DNA of 64,000 nt from an uncultured Candidatus Saccharibacteria bacterium (lineage in GTDB: Bacteria; Patescibacteriota; Minisyncoccia; Phycocordibacterales; UBA12088): contig CAYPKR010000003.1 of NCBI GenBank assembly GCA_964411375.1, positions 7,237 through 71,236 of the forward strand. The letters are read 5' to 3'. Below are positions 1 through 9,668 of the stretch, one piece after another; positions within the stretch are counted from its first letter, which is position 1; each line of letters opens with the position of its first letter. The notes below the pieces were generated by a model. The model had not been told where the DNA came from, made no database searches, and saw nothing but the letters and a program-made list of their open reading frames with translations. A program made the translations under genes and the position numbers.

Positions 1-13
1 TACTATTTTCCTG

Positions 14-775
14 ATGATCGGCATTTTTGATTCAGGATCCGGTGGGCTGACTGTTTTGAGAGCGATTCGAGAACGAGCGCCTGATTTGGATATTGTCTAT
101 TTTGGCGATACGAAAAATGCGCCGTATGGAAATAAAAGCAGGGAAGAACTCTCGGCACTCACTGCTCGTGGATTCCAGATTTTGAAAGATGCTGGGGCGA
201 CGCAATTTGTCAGTGCGTGCAACAGCATTTCTGCGTCGGTGACCGAAAGACTTCTACGCCCGCTCCGCATTGATATCGCAGAGGTGGTTGAAATGTCCGA
301 ACCATCAATTAAGTCGTTTGAGGATGAGACCGATCAAAAAATTCTCCTTGTTGCGACGACGGCGACTATTGAGTCAGGAATGTATCAAGATGGATTTACA
401 GAAATTGGAATGGATATCGAAACGTCTCCAATTCCTGATTTAGCAGGCGCGATTGAGCGAGGAGAATCAGCCGAGCTGATCGAAACAATTATTCGCAGAG
501 TTTTTGCGAAGAGGGATTTGTCCGAGATCGATTTTCTCTTTCTTGGCTGCACCCATTTTCCACTCGTTTCTGATGTATTCAAAAAAATACTTCGAGAAGA
601 GAAAAGTCACGCGATCGTATTTGATCCGGCGCTTCCGGTTGCTCGGGAGGCGACAAGACGCTTTGGGACAAAGGGGAACGATTCACTCACTTTTTTGCTC
701 TCTGCAGAATCAGATGCATTTTCAATGCGAGTATCAGCGCTTTTCGGGGAAGGACATTCCATGAAGATTGTATGA
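14..775 (+). CDS. murI: glutamate racemase
   Basis: IGIFDSGSGG, YFGDTKNAPYG, ACNS and LGCTHFP motifs, with both catalytic Cys present. Confidence 0.92.
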   Translation: MIGIFDSGSGGLTVLRAIRERAPDLDIVYFGDTKNAPYGNKSREELSALTARGFQILKDAGATQFVSACNSISASVTERLLRPLRIDIAEVVEMSEPSIKSFEDETDQKILLVATTATIESGMYQDGFTEIGMDIETSPIPDLAGAIERGESAELIETIIRRVFAKRDLSEIDFLFLGCTHFPLVSDVFKKILREEKSHAIVFDPALPVAREATRRFGTKGNDSLTFLLSAESDAFSMRVSALFGEGHSMKIV

Positions 776-858
776 ATTGCAAACTCTGTGCCCTTCATGT
801 ATGAATCATCTAGTGGTAGTACACTACTAGGGAGTTTTTTAGTAATTATATTGTATAT

Positions 859-1437
859 ATGAATAAGACAGTGGTGTGGATCGTTGCAATCGGAATCATT
901 GTGCTCGGTTTCTATATTTGGTGGTCGGGTATGCAAGAACCGCGTACATTAAATGAAAATCAAAACGCAACGACAACGACGGACACGACCTCTCCGGTTT
1001 CAGTTGGAAATGTTTCGCGGAAAGGATTTACGTCAAACGTCATTAGTAGCATCTCTGACGCGAGCTCGTTTGCGGCGTTTCTCTCAGCTTCGGGCGTTGA
1101 TGCAACACTTCGAGGTACTGGACCATATACCGTATTCGTTCCAATCAATGCCGCATTTGATCATGCACCAGAAGGCGTATTGTCAGTCACTGGAGCAGAA
1201 CGCAAGCGATTGGTGCAGTACCACGTAATCTCGGGAAAAAAGATCGATCCGAATCTGTTGGTATCGGGAACCGAAACAGCACTTTCGGGTGATCCGCTCA
1301 ATATGCAGATTTCTCAGCTTGATCATGTTGCGCGAGTAAACGGCGCACTTATTCTCTCAAGTTATTCTGCTTCAAACGGCGTCATATATCTCATTAACGG
1401 CGTGCTGATTCCCCCACAGAAGCCCAATTACCAATAA
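859..1437 (+). CDS. membrane-anchored fasciclin (FAS1) domain protein
   Basis: N-terminal TM helix, Thr-rich linker, GPYTVFVP-x-N-x-AF, YHVI and NGVIYLINGVLIP FAS1 motifs. Confidence 0.85.
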   Translation: MNKTVVWIVAIGIIVLGFYIWWSGMQEPRTLNENQNATTTTDTTSPVSVGNVSRKGFTSNVISSISDASSFAAFLSASGVDATLRGTGPYTVFVPINAAFDHAPEGVLSVTGAERKRLVQYHVISGKKIDPNLLVSGTETALSGDPLNMQISQLDHVARVNGALILSSYSASNGVIYLINGVLIPPQKPNYQ

Positions 1438-1466
1438 TTGGATCAGTAGGTTGGGGAAAAAGATTT

Positions 1467-1505
1467 AAATACGCACCGCCGCGCGAAGCGCGGCGGTGCG
1501 TATTT
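1467..1505. terminator. perfect 18-bp hairpin, probable terminator of the fasciclin gene
   Basis: AAATACGCACCGCCGCGC-GAA-GCGCGGCGGTGCGTATTT. Confidence 0.65.
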
Positions 1506-1549
1506 CGTCCTCTGTCCGATTATTCGCGCTCATGGTATACCTGTCTTCA

Positions 1550-2884
1550 ATGGCTGATTGGAAAACTTTCTTCAAGAACAAAAAAATTACCGTGATGGGC
1601 GCCGGGCTTCTTGGCGGTATTGGCGATATTCAATTCCTCGTGGAACAAGGGGCTGATTTGATCGTCACCGATCTTCAATCGGAAGAAGCGCTCAAAACAT
1701 CAATTGATCGCCTCAAAGATTTTCCGAATGTGCGATTTACGCTCGGAAAACACGAGCTTGCTGATTTCAAAGATCGCGATCTTGTTATCAAATCGCCTAC
1801 CACACCGCTCGATTCTCCGTTTACTGCGGAAGCAAGAAAAAATCATATTCCAGTTACGATGTGGGCGGCATTGTTTGCAAGGTTCGCACAGGAAGCCGGC
1901 GTGCCGATTGTAGGTGTTACTGGAACGCGTGGCAAAACAACTACGACTGCATGTATTGTTTCCATTGTTGAGGCGTCAGGCAAAAAAGTAATTACGGGGG
2001 GCAATGTTCAAAATATATCTATACTTTCACAGCTTCCTACACTTACTCGCGACTCAATCGCTGTCCTCGAGCTCGATTCGTGGAAACTCCAAGGATTTGC
2101 GGAAGAAAAAATCAGCCCACATATCGCCGTCTTCACTACCTTTTATCCCGATCATCTCAACTATTATCACGGCGATCTCGATCAATATCTTGCTGACAAA
2201 GCAAATATTTTTTTGAATCAGACGCCAGAAGACACGCTCGTTGTCGGGGAACAGGTTGCCGAACTTCTCCAGAAAAAATATGGAAAGAAAATCAAATCAC
2301 ATGTGGTAATCACAAAGACAAACGCAGTTCCAAAATCATGGAAACTCGGGATTCCAGGTGAGCATAATCGCTATAACGCAGCATGCGCAGCCGCAGCTGC
2401 TCGCGCACTTGGTATTGATGATGAAATTATTAAAGGCGCAGTCGAATCATTCAAAGGTGTTTCAGGACGGCTTGAATTTGTACGTGAACTTCGCGGCGTC
2501 AAAATTTATAACGACACAACTGCCACGACACCTGAAGCAACACTTGCGGCCCTCGAAGCAGTTGGAAATTCAGATACAAAAAATATCATCCTCATTATGG
2601 GCGGCGCCGACAAAGGACTCGATATGTCCATACTTCTCCAAGAAGTACAAGAAAAATGCAAAGCAGTCGTTTTGCTTCAGGGATCGGGAACCGAAAAAAT
2701 CGCTCCGGCATTTCCAGATGCTCCCGCGTTTGATTCACTACAATCGGCAATCGAGCAGGCTCAAAAATTTGCAAAAGAAGGGGATATCATTTTGTTTTCT
2801 CCCGCCTTCGCTTCGTTTGGTATGTTTAAAAATGAATACGATCGAGGAGATCAATTCATGGCACTCATACAAAATTTACAATAG
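1550..2884 (+). CDS. murD: UDP-N-acetylmuramoyl-L-alanine--D-glutamate ligase
   Basis: GVTGTRGKTTT P-loop, LELDSWKL, DHLNY, YNDTTATTPEA, GGADKG and SPAFASFGMFKNEYDRG; start placed at MADWK (ATG 1550). Confidence 0.92.
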   Translation: MADWKTFFKNKKITVMGAGLLGGIGDIQFLVEQGADLIVTDLQSEEALKTSIDRLKDFPNVRFTLGKHELADFKDRDLVIKSPTTPLDSPFTAEARKNHIPVTMWAALFARFAQEAGVPIVGVTGTRGKTTTTACIVSIVEASGKKVITGGNVQNISILSQLPTLTRDSIAVLELDSWKLQGFAEEKISPHIAVFTTFYPDHLNYYHGDLDQYLADKANIFLNQTPEDTLVVGEQVAELLQKKYGKKIKSHVVITKTNAVPKSWKLGIPGEHNRYNAACAAAAARALGIDDEIIKGAVESFKGVSGRLEFVRELRGVKIYNDTTATTPEATLAALEAVGNSDTKNIILIMGGADKGLDMSILLQEVQEKCKAVVLLQGSGTEKIAPAFPDAPAFDSLQSAIEQAQKFAKEGDIILFSPAFASFGMFKNEYDRGDQFMALIQNLQ

Positions 2885-2887
2885 GAA

Positions 2888-2908
2888 AGGGGGCGCTAGG
2901 CGCCCCCT
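2888..2908. terminator. GC-rich hairpin between convergent murD and a small ORF
   Basis: AGGGGGCGC-TAG-GCGCCCCCT. Confidence 0.55.
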
Positions 2909-3144
2909 CGACCGTCGATTGGATTGTGTGTGGTTCCGCCCACGATTTGAAGTACGGGTCGGGAAGACCGAGGTACAACTGGTTTTCGACGAGGAACCTC
3001 TTCTTCTCGTGCGGCAGCAAAGCCACTTGCAACAACGCTATATGGACAGAAGCCCGGCATACCTCTTCCTGCACAATCGCAAGGCTCGTTTCTGTGAACA
3101 TAACAAGAGGCACCTTGATCGCCGTCCGGCATCCTTTCAGTCAT
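2896..3144 (-). CDS. small hypothetical protein (82 aa) with a Cys/His cluster
   Basis: MTERMPDGD...SCYVHRNEPCDC...FCPY; upstream TTGAAA-16-TACGTT and GAGGA; the stop codon falls in the hairpin. Confidence 0.45.
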   Translation of the reverse strand: MTERMPDGDQGASCYVHRNEPCDCAGRGMPGFCPYSVVASGFAAAREEEVPRRKPVVPRSSRPVLQIVGGTTHNPIDGRGGA

Positions 3145-3228
3145 GAGATCCTCACATTGTGTACTCGACTCATGGCAACGTATCACACTCTCCCAAAGTT
3201 TCAACCTTAGTGCTAGGATTGGAACCAC

Positions 3229-4503
3229 ATGGAAAAAATTCACCTAATCGGAATCGGCGGCATCGGTATGAGTGCGCTCGCACAGCTCTATGCCAAAGAG
3301 GGAAAGTTGGTTACGGGGTCTGATCGTGATCCGTCTCCAGCGGTACATGACCTCCTTCTCAAAAAAGGAATACAAGTATATGTCGGTCACCGCGCGGAGA
3401 ATGTCCCCGAGAATGCTAATCTCGTCATTTATTCTGACGCTGTTCCTGAAGATAATCCGGAGCGTGCGCGTGCGCGGGAACTCGGTATTTTGGAACAAAT
3501 GTATTTTGAAGCGCTCGGAGATGTTACCAAGGGTAGAAAGACAATCGCGATTGCGGGAACGCACGGAAAAACAACAACAACTGGAATGCTTACTAAAATC
3601 TTGATTGATGCAGGAGCAAATCCGACTGCGATTGTCGGTTCCATCGTCAAAGATTTTGAATCAAACTTCGTCGCCGGCTCGCCCGATCTTTTTGTTGTCG
3701 AAGCATGCGAATGGCGCGGGCACTTTTTGAATCTGTCACCATTTATTTTAGTTGTTACGAATATCGAATGGGATCACACGGATTTTTATCCAAATCTTCA
3801 GGCAGTCCAAAAAACATTTCGAGAGCTCATGGAACGAGTTCCAAAAGACGGTGCGATTGTGACTGACATGACTCATCAAAATATCGCGCCACTTCTTGTT
3901 GGACTTTCTTGTCGTGTGATTGATTACAAAACACTCACGGAAATCAAGACACCGCTTCTTGGTGAGTTTAATCAAGATAATGCACGTGCTGCGGCAGGAG
4001 GAGTGAACGCATTTTTGCCTGAAACCCAACTACGTGACATCAACACATCTCTCAAAAATTTTCACGGCACATGGCGACGTTTTGAATATAAAGGAAAAAC
4101 AGAAAACGGCGCCGAAGTGTGGGACGACTACGCACATCACCCAACTGCAGTTGCGGTAACACTGAAGGCCGCGCGGGAAAAATTTCCCGATACCAAAATC
4201 ACTGTCGCATTCCATCCACACTTGTACTCGAGAACGAAAGACTTATTGCCTGAATTCACCAATGCATTTACGGATGCCGATCATATTATCATTGCGCCGA
4301 TCTATGCCGCGCGTGAGGTTTCGGACGGTACAATCTCAAACCACATTCTCGCCGAAGCAATTGCTAAAACAGGGAAGGACGTCGTCGCGTTCGATTCGTT
4401 TGATTCAATTGAAGAAAAACTACGCACGCTTCCCGAGGGAAGCCTCATCATTACCATGGGCGCAGGAGATATCTATAAAGTCGGGGAGAGGTTACTTGGC
4501 TGA
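3229..4503 (+). CDS. murC: UDP-N-acetylmuramate--L-alanine ligase
   Basis: IHLIGIGGIGMSALA, AGTHGKTTTT, DHTD, DDYAHHPT, HLYSRT and TMGAGDI. Confidence 0.95.
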   Translation: MEKIHLIGIGGIGMSALAQLYAKEGKLVTGSDRDPSPAVHDLLLKKGIQVYVGHRAENVPENANLVIYSDAVPEDNPERARARELGILEQMYFEALGDVTKGRKTIAIAGTHGKTTTTGMLTKILIDAGANPTAIVGSIVKDFESNFVAGSPDLFVVEACEWRGHFLNLSPFILVVTNIEWDHTDFYPNLQAVQKTFRELMERVPKDGAIVTDMTHQNIAPLLVGLSCRVIDYKTLTEIKTPLLGEFNQDNARAAAGGVNAFLPETQLRDINTSLKNFHGTWRRFEYKGKTENGAEVWDDYAHHPTAVAVTLKAAREKFPDTKITVAFHPHLYSRTKDLLPEFTNAFTDADHIIIAPIYAAREVSDGTISNHILAEAIAKTGKDVVAFDSFDSIEEKLRTLPEGSLIITMGAGDIYKVGERLLG

Positions 4504-6297
4504 TTCTCCGCTACACTGCTGCCTTGCGAGTTCGATCGGTTGAATCGGCGCGGTTGTATAATCGGGCAGCGTTTCTTCCAAGTAAAAGGTCATATTTGTT
4601 TGGATTAATTTTTCTCCGTCTTTGTGATGATCGTTCCAATCGCGGCAGAGATACGCGAGATAGTAATATCGAAGCGTCGAGAAATCGGCCGACCAGAGAT
4701 TCATCAGGTATTTCCGCCACCGCTCATCCGGATAGAGCGCGGAAACATTTTCTGGCTTTTCGATGGTTGGAATCTTCCATCCTGGATTTGCAAGATTTAC
4801 GCTCGCGCCATTTTGCTCAATCCCAGTAATCGCGTACCATCCATCATCTTTGAGAGGATACGGCGCAAACATATTCCACATCTGATCGAGTCCAAGTCCG
4901 CGCATCCATGTGTAATACGCGATTGGATAATTGAGACGAAAACGCGCGGACGGAATATTTGAATAATTCCAAGCTGATACTGCCACAATATATGAAAGCG
5001 CGAGGATAGTGGAGACAGTCCAGAGTAATTTGCAGATGATTTCTGGAAGCATCCATTTTGGTTTATCCGGCAGACATACGCGCTTGCGATGATCGGCGAT
5101 GAATCGATACACATGCTCGCCAATTGGTCTAAACATCGAAAGATTAAAAATCGGTGCAATCCAGTAGAGAAGTGGGGAAGCCGCAAGAAGCGCAATACCA
5201 GCGCCGTATGAAAAATGATGTGCGCCACCTTTGGTCACAATAACCCACGAATCCTTCGCTTCCATTTCTTTCAGTATCTCGGGATTTGTTTGTGCTGGCA
5301 GAATTTCGGTCTTCGGCAAAATCAAAAAGGTGCGGATCAGATGCGATGATTTTTTACAGAAGCCGCAATCGCCGTCGTAGTAGATTGTGAGGTTACCAAA
5401 GTGAGTGCTTGCCCAGCGTTCAACCGAATCCCAAAGTCTTGTGGTGAGGAATGCCGATACACCGGTCATTGAAATCCACGAAAATGGACCGAGGTTCATA
5501 TGGAGCGCAAAAGAGAAATGCATTACTAGAAGTCCAAATGTTGCAATTGAACGAGTGAGGAAGGTGAATACCGGACTAAAGAGGAGAAAGAATACTGACG
5601 CCTGAAGTGTCGTTACGCCAAACGTCAGAAACATCATGAATGCAGGAAACTGTCTGGTGAATTCTCCAATCGGCGTTGAAAATTGATCGAGCGAAAGCGC
5701 ATAATAGACCGCCGTTCCGTTGGTCGTCCATTCCACGCCAGTTTTAAGAAGAACTGCAGAGAAATATACAAACGATACTTGGAAGAGAAATGCTGCACTC
5801 CATGCGGAGAGAAAACGCTTTGGTACTTCTCTTCCGTATCGAAGCGCGGCGTCAACTGAAAACGCGCGTCCCCACGGCAAAAACATACCGATAAATAAAT
5901 AAACGCGAAGCATAATATCGCCGCCTTGAAGGATGATTGGATTGAGGAGTTGCATTATAAAAACCGCGAGCCATACGAATACCGACGCCACTCGCGTTTT
6001 CCAACCGATGAGGAGAAATACTGCCGCCACGATTCCAATCAGGAGCACAACAAGCGGAAGCGCCGGAAATTTGTCCATGAGATTGAAGAGCTCCGGATGC
6101 GGCGTGGTCCACACTCCAGAGTGAATGAGGCTGCTTGGAAAGACGCCGCCGTTTCCATAATGAGCGGTCAGATTGGCAAGACGCTCAAAGATAAAGTCGT
6201 ACAGGACAATGAGCGAAAAGCCGACACGCATGAGCGCGAGCGAGCGAACATCAATACCGAATAGCTCGTTGATCTTCGCCGAAATACGATTTTTCAT
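4492..6297 (-). CDS. HTTM-domain membrane protein fused to a DCC/DUF393 thiol-disulfide oxidoreductase-like domain
   Basis: DVRSLALMR, LPWG-x-x-FSVD, W-x-x-G-x-A-V-Y-Y-A-L, IYYDGDCGFC, LDQMWNMFAP and RWRKYL. Confidence 0.8.
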   Translation of the reverse strand: MKNRISAKINELFGIDVRSLALMRVGFSLIVLYDFIFERLANLTAHYGNGGVFPSSLIHSGVWTTPHPELFNLMDKFPALPLVVLLIGIVAAVFLLIGWKTRVASVFVWLAVFIMQLLNPIILQGGDIMLRVYLFIGMFLPWGRAFSVDAALRYGREVPKRFLSAWSAAFLFQVSFVYFSAVLLKTGVEWTTNGTAVYYALSLDQFSTPIGEFTRQFPAFMMFLTFGVTTLQASVFFLLFSPVFTFLTRSIATFGLLVMHFSFALHMNLGPFSWISMTGVSAFLTTRLWDSVERWASTHFGNLTIYYDGDCGFCKKSSHLIRTFLILPKTEILPAQTNPEILKEMEAKDSWVIVTKGGAHHFSYGAGIALLAASPLLYWIAPIFNLSMFRPIGEHVYRFIADHRKRVCLPDKPKWMLPEIICKLLWTVSTILALSYIVAVSAWNYSNIPSARFRLNYPIAYYTWMRGLGLDQMWNMFAPYPLKDDGWYAITGIEQNGASVNLANPGWKIPTIEKPENVSALYPDERWRKYLMNLWSADFSTLRYYYLAYLCRDWNDHHKDGEKLIQTNMTFYLEETLPDYTTAPIQPIELARQQCSGESAK

Positions 6298-6439
6298 TGG
6301 TAGTATTTTACCATGATAAAGTCGTACAGGACAATGAGCGAAAAGCCGACACGCATGAGCGCGAGCGAGCGAACATCAATACCGAATAGCTCGTTGATCT
6401 TCGCCGAAATACGATTTTTCATTGGTAGTATTTTACCAT
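6190..6439. repeat. exact tandem duplication, 2 x 125 bp (6190-6314 / 6315-6439)
   Basis: Identical copies containing the -10 box and first ~36 codons of the HTTM gene; the two ATGs (6297, 6422) are 125 bp apart. Confidence 0.95.
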
Positions 6440-6487
6440 CCGAGCATATTTTCGGACTATAGGGCGGCATGGTATGGTTCGGAGGAT

Positions 6488-7168
6488 ATGGGAACATTAT
6501 CCGTCGTCGCAACGCCAATCGGTAACCTCGAAGATATGACGCTTCGAGCCATTCGCATCCTCAAAGAAGCGGACATTATTCTCTGCGAAGACACTCGAGT
6601 GACCAAGCGTCTCCTTTTTCACTACCAGATTGAGACGTCGACCATGAGCTACCACGAACATTCGGGCAAAATGAAGGTAGAAAAAATTGCCGATATGTTG
6701 GAGGAAGGGAAGAAAATCGCTCTGGTCTCTGACGCGGGAACGCCGGGCGTTTCTGATCCAGGAAGCTACTTGATCCAAGAACTCCGCTCAAAACTTGGCG
6801 ACGATCTAAGCGTTGAAACCATTCCCGGTCCTTCGGCGCTAACCTCTGCCATTGCGATTGCAGGGATCGACGCTGATGCGTTTGTATTCCTTGGATTTCT
6901 CCCGCACAAAAAGGGACGAGAGACGATGTTTGGAGAGATTGCGGAGACTTTGCGTGCCGTTATTTTTTACGAATCCCCACATCGGATCCTCCGGACACTC
7001 GAATCGCTCTCACGGCACATTGGCGAGCGCCAAATGCGTATCTGTCGCGAACTCACCAAGATTCACGAAGAGGTGTTGTCCGGTTCGGCATCCTCACTTC
7101 TCGACCAATTGAACGAAAAACCGGAAAAAGTACGGGGCGAATTTGTAGTCATTATTAATCCACTTTAG
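6488..7168 (+). CDS. rsmI: 16S rRNA (cytidine(1402)-2'-O)-methyltransferase
   Basis: VATPIGNLEDMTLRA, LCEDTR, VSDAGTPGVSDPG, YESPHR, RELTKIHEE and RGEFV. Confidence 0.95.
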   Translation: MGTLSVVATPIGNLEDMTLRAIRILKEADIILCEDTRVTKRLLFHYQIETSTMSYHEHSGKMKVEKIADMLEEGKKIALVSDAGTPGVSDPGSYLIQELRSKLGDDLSVETIPGPSALTSAIAIAGIDADAFVFLGFLPHKKGRETMFGEIAETLRAVIFYESPHRILRTLESLSRHIGERQMRICRELTKIHEEVLSGSASSLLDQLNEKPEKVRGEFVVIINPL

Positions 7169-7212
7169 ACAGTCAGAAAATCAGAGAGTATACTGTTTTG
7201 ACAAACCAGATT

Positions 7213-7425
7213 ATGCGAAAAGAAAACACTATTATTGCGCTTAGTATTCTAATCTTCCTCATCCCATTCCTGGGTGTGCCGGGGAGTCTCAAAACACTCG
7301 CGACTCTCACTTCCGCATTTCTTATCTGTATCTTTGGGATTATGGTCAGAAGTGATTTCAAAAAAATGGCAGTAGCAAAAGGGAAACACACGGATGCATT
7401 TGTTGAAAACGGTACCCATCAGTAA
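7213..7425 (+). CDS. small two-TM membrane protein
   Basis: Two hydrophobic helices around PFLGVPGS; C-terminal DAFVEN. Confidence 0.65.
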   Translation: MRKENTIIALSILIFLIPFLGVPGSLKTLATLTSAFLICIFGIMVRSDFKKMAVAKGKHTDAFVENGTHQ

Positions 7426-7462
7426 TTAGCAGTTCAGGAGATTTGCTGAATAAATAGACACG

Positions 7463-7487
7463 CGCCGCGTGGCTAAGCCACGTGGCG
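7463..7487. terminator. hairpin between convergent small genes
   Basis: CGCCGCGTGGC-TAA-GCCACGTGGCG. Confidence 0.5.
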
Positions 7488-7496
7488 TCGGGGTAC

Positions 7497-7724
7497 CTAT
7501 TCAAGTTTCGTTCGAAGCCAGGCACCCACTTTTCTTTTTGAACCGGTAAGTATGCGGAGAGATGTTTCTTCCCAATCTCTAGACGCCTGTTCGAAAACAC
7601 GATCAATCAATGAGGCCGCTTCTTCTGGGGTTATGCCAGAACCCTCGGGAGATCTGCACAATGATACGATGAGTGCATCCCGAAGAGCCCTATCACGAAG
7701 CGCCAGTAGCTGTCGAAGGTTCAT
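7497..7724 (-). CDS. small hypothetical protein (75 aa, predicted helical)
   Basis: AGAGGAG 7 nt before the ATG, TG-G-TATTCT upstream, hairpin downstream. Confidence 0.55.
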   Translation of the reverse strand: MNLRQLLALRDRALRDALIVSLCRSPEGSGITPEEAASLIDRVFEQASRDWEETSLRILTGSKRKVGAWLRTKLE

Positions 7725-7795
7725 GCGAACTCTCCTCTAGAACATTCCCCGAGAGAATACCATAGGAAAGGAGGAGTGGTATACTCTCTATAATT

Positions 7796-9622
7796 ATGAA
7801 TCCCGATGAGCGAGTGACATATTTTGCAGAAACGGATGCGAGAGGAAAACGTGTTCGCTTCGGTATCAAAGCAAAGGATCGTTCGCGTCATATGTACGTG
7901 ATCGGCAAAACCGGTATGGGTAAATCGACCTTGCTTGAGAATATGGCGATTCAGGATATTCAAAATGGGGAAGGAATGACTTTCATCGATCCGCACGGTT
8001 CAACTGCCGAAAAATTACTTGATTACATTCCAGAAGATCGTATCAAGGATGTCTTATATTTTGCGCCATTCGACCTCGAATATCCGATTTCATTTAATGT
8101 GCTTGAACAAGTTGAGCCTGATAAGCGGCACTTGGTCGTCTCTGGTCTCATGGCGACGTTTGAAAAAATCTGGGTGGATGCATGGTCGGCGCGTATGGCG
8201 TACATTCTCCAAAATACGCTCTTGGCACTTCTCGAATATCCAGGTGCGACGATCCTTGGCGTTAATCGTATGTATTCTGACAAGGATTTTAGAAAGCGTG
8301 TGATTGAACATCTTACTGATCCGACCGCACGCTCATTTTGGGTTGATGAATATTCAAAATATACCGATCGCTATACGCAAGAAGCGACGCCAGCAATCCA
8401 AAACAAAATCGGTCAATTCGCATCAAATGCGCTTGTCCGTAATATCATCGGTCAGCCTCGATCGAGTTTTGATATTCGCAAATTAATGGACGAGAGAAAA
8501 ATCTTTATTGTTAACCTCTCAAAAGGACGAGTTGGTGAGGGAAATGCAAATCTCTTAGGCTCAATGCTTATCACTAAAATTTATCTCGCCGCAATGTCTC
8601 GTGCTGATTCGATTGGTCCAGTGCTTCGAGGACTTCCAAATTCGTATCTCTACGTAGACGAGTTTCAGTCATTTGCCAATCGATCGTTTGCAGATATTCT
8701 CTCCGAGGCGCGTAAATACAAATTGAATCTCACCATTGCGCATCAATATATCGAACAGATGGAAGAAGAAGTGCGTGCGGCAGTCTTCGGTAACGTCGGT
8801 ACCATGGTCGCATTCCGTGTTGGGTCATATGACGCAGAAACACTCGAGAAAGAATTCGCGCCAGTATTTACCATGGAAGACATTGTGAATCTCGGGTTCG
8901 CGCAGACGTATCTAAAACTCATGATTGACGGCGTTGCGTCCCAGCCGTTTTCTGCAGTTACGCTCGGTCCAATCGAAGCGCCAACAATCTCTAATCGCGA
9001 CCGGGCAATTGCGTATTCGCGCGCGCAATATGCGGCACGAAGGTCTGATACCGAAGAAACGATTCGCAAATGGCATGAGCCGGTTGTTCCAATAATCGGT
9101 GCGACTACTGCACCACCTTCTCAAAGAAGCGATGAGCGACGTTCGTTTGATAGTAATTCGCGACGAATGGAGCGTAGAGATGATTCTCCTCGTCCACCAA
9201 GAACTGATGATCGCCGACCTCGCGAAAACACGGAGCGACGAGAAGCTCCTCGAATAGAACGAGTTCCCGAACATCGCGATGCTCCGTCATCAGTTGTGCA
9301 AACTCCTGCGTCTCTCAAAGAAGTATTGGCGCGGATTGCAAATGCCGAAAAAGAAAAGCAGCAAGAAAAACAACAATCAAAAGAGCAGGCTCCTCGTGTT
9401 GAAAAAAATGATTCAAACGAACATCGCAAAAATACTTCTCATGCAAACCCTGATCAAAAAAGTGGCAACACCAATGAGCGAGAAAAACTCAAAGAAGCGC
9501 TCCAACATCTTGCAGAAAAAAAGCCGAATGGAGAGCATACAGAATCAAGACCGCACATGGCTCCAGAAGTATCAGAAGATGAACTTCGCAAATTACTGTA
9601 CGTCGAAGAACCTCCTAAATAG
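7796..9622 (+). CDS. VirD4/TraG/TrwB-like (HerA-FtsK superfamily) ATPase with a disordered charged C-terminal tail
   Basis: HMYVIGKTGMGKS Walker A, FIDPHG, YLYVDEFQSF Walker B, SEARKY, AHQY and FGNVGT. Confidence 0.85.
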   Translation: MNPDERVTYFAETDARGKRVRFGIKAKDRSRHMYVIGKTGMGKSTLLENMAIQDIQNGEGMTFIDPHGSTAEKLLDYIPEDRIKDVLYFAPFDLEYPISFNVLEQVEPDKRHLVVSGLMATFEKIWVDAWSARMAYILQNTLLALLEYPGATILGVNRMYSDKDFRKRVIEHLTDPTARSFWVDEYSKYTDRYTQEATPAIQNKIGQFASNALVRNIIGQPRSSFDIRKLMDERKIFIVNLSKGRVGEGNANLLGSMLITKIYLAAMSRADSIGPVLRGLPNSYLYVDEFQSFANRSFADILSEARKYKLNLTIAHQYIEQMEEEVRAAVFGNVGTMVAFRVGSYDAETLEKEFAPVFTMEDIVNLGFAQTYLKLMIDGVASQPFSAVTLGPIEAPTISNRDRAIAYSRAQYAARRSDTEETIRKWHEPVVPIIGATTAPPSQRSDERRSFDSNSRRMERRDDSPRPPRTDDRRPRENTERREAPRIERVPEHRDAPSSVVQTPASLKEVLARIANAEKEKQQEKQQSKEQAPRVEKNDSNEHRKNTSHANPDQKSGNTNEREKLKEALQHLAEKKPNGEHTESRPHMAPEVSEDELRKLLYVEEPPK

Positions 9623-9668
9623 CTAGAATCAGATTTTTCCGAATTTGGTGTCTATTGTGTACGACGAT

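Noticed and set aside
2865-3113. 82-aa minus-strand ORF as the gene between murD and murC
   Set aside because: It has no SD, reads through the hairpin and overlaps murD; the 3144-2896 frame has better signals, though the choice is not certain.
2358-3146. 262-aa alternative-frame ORF overlapping murD
   Set aside because: It is a shadow of murD that runs through a hairpin and has no recognisable motifs.
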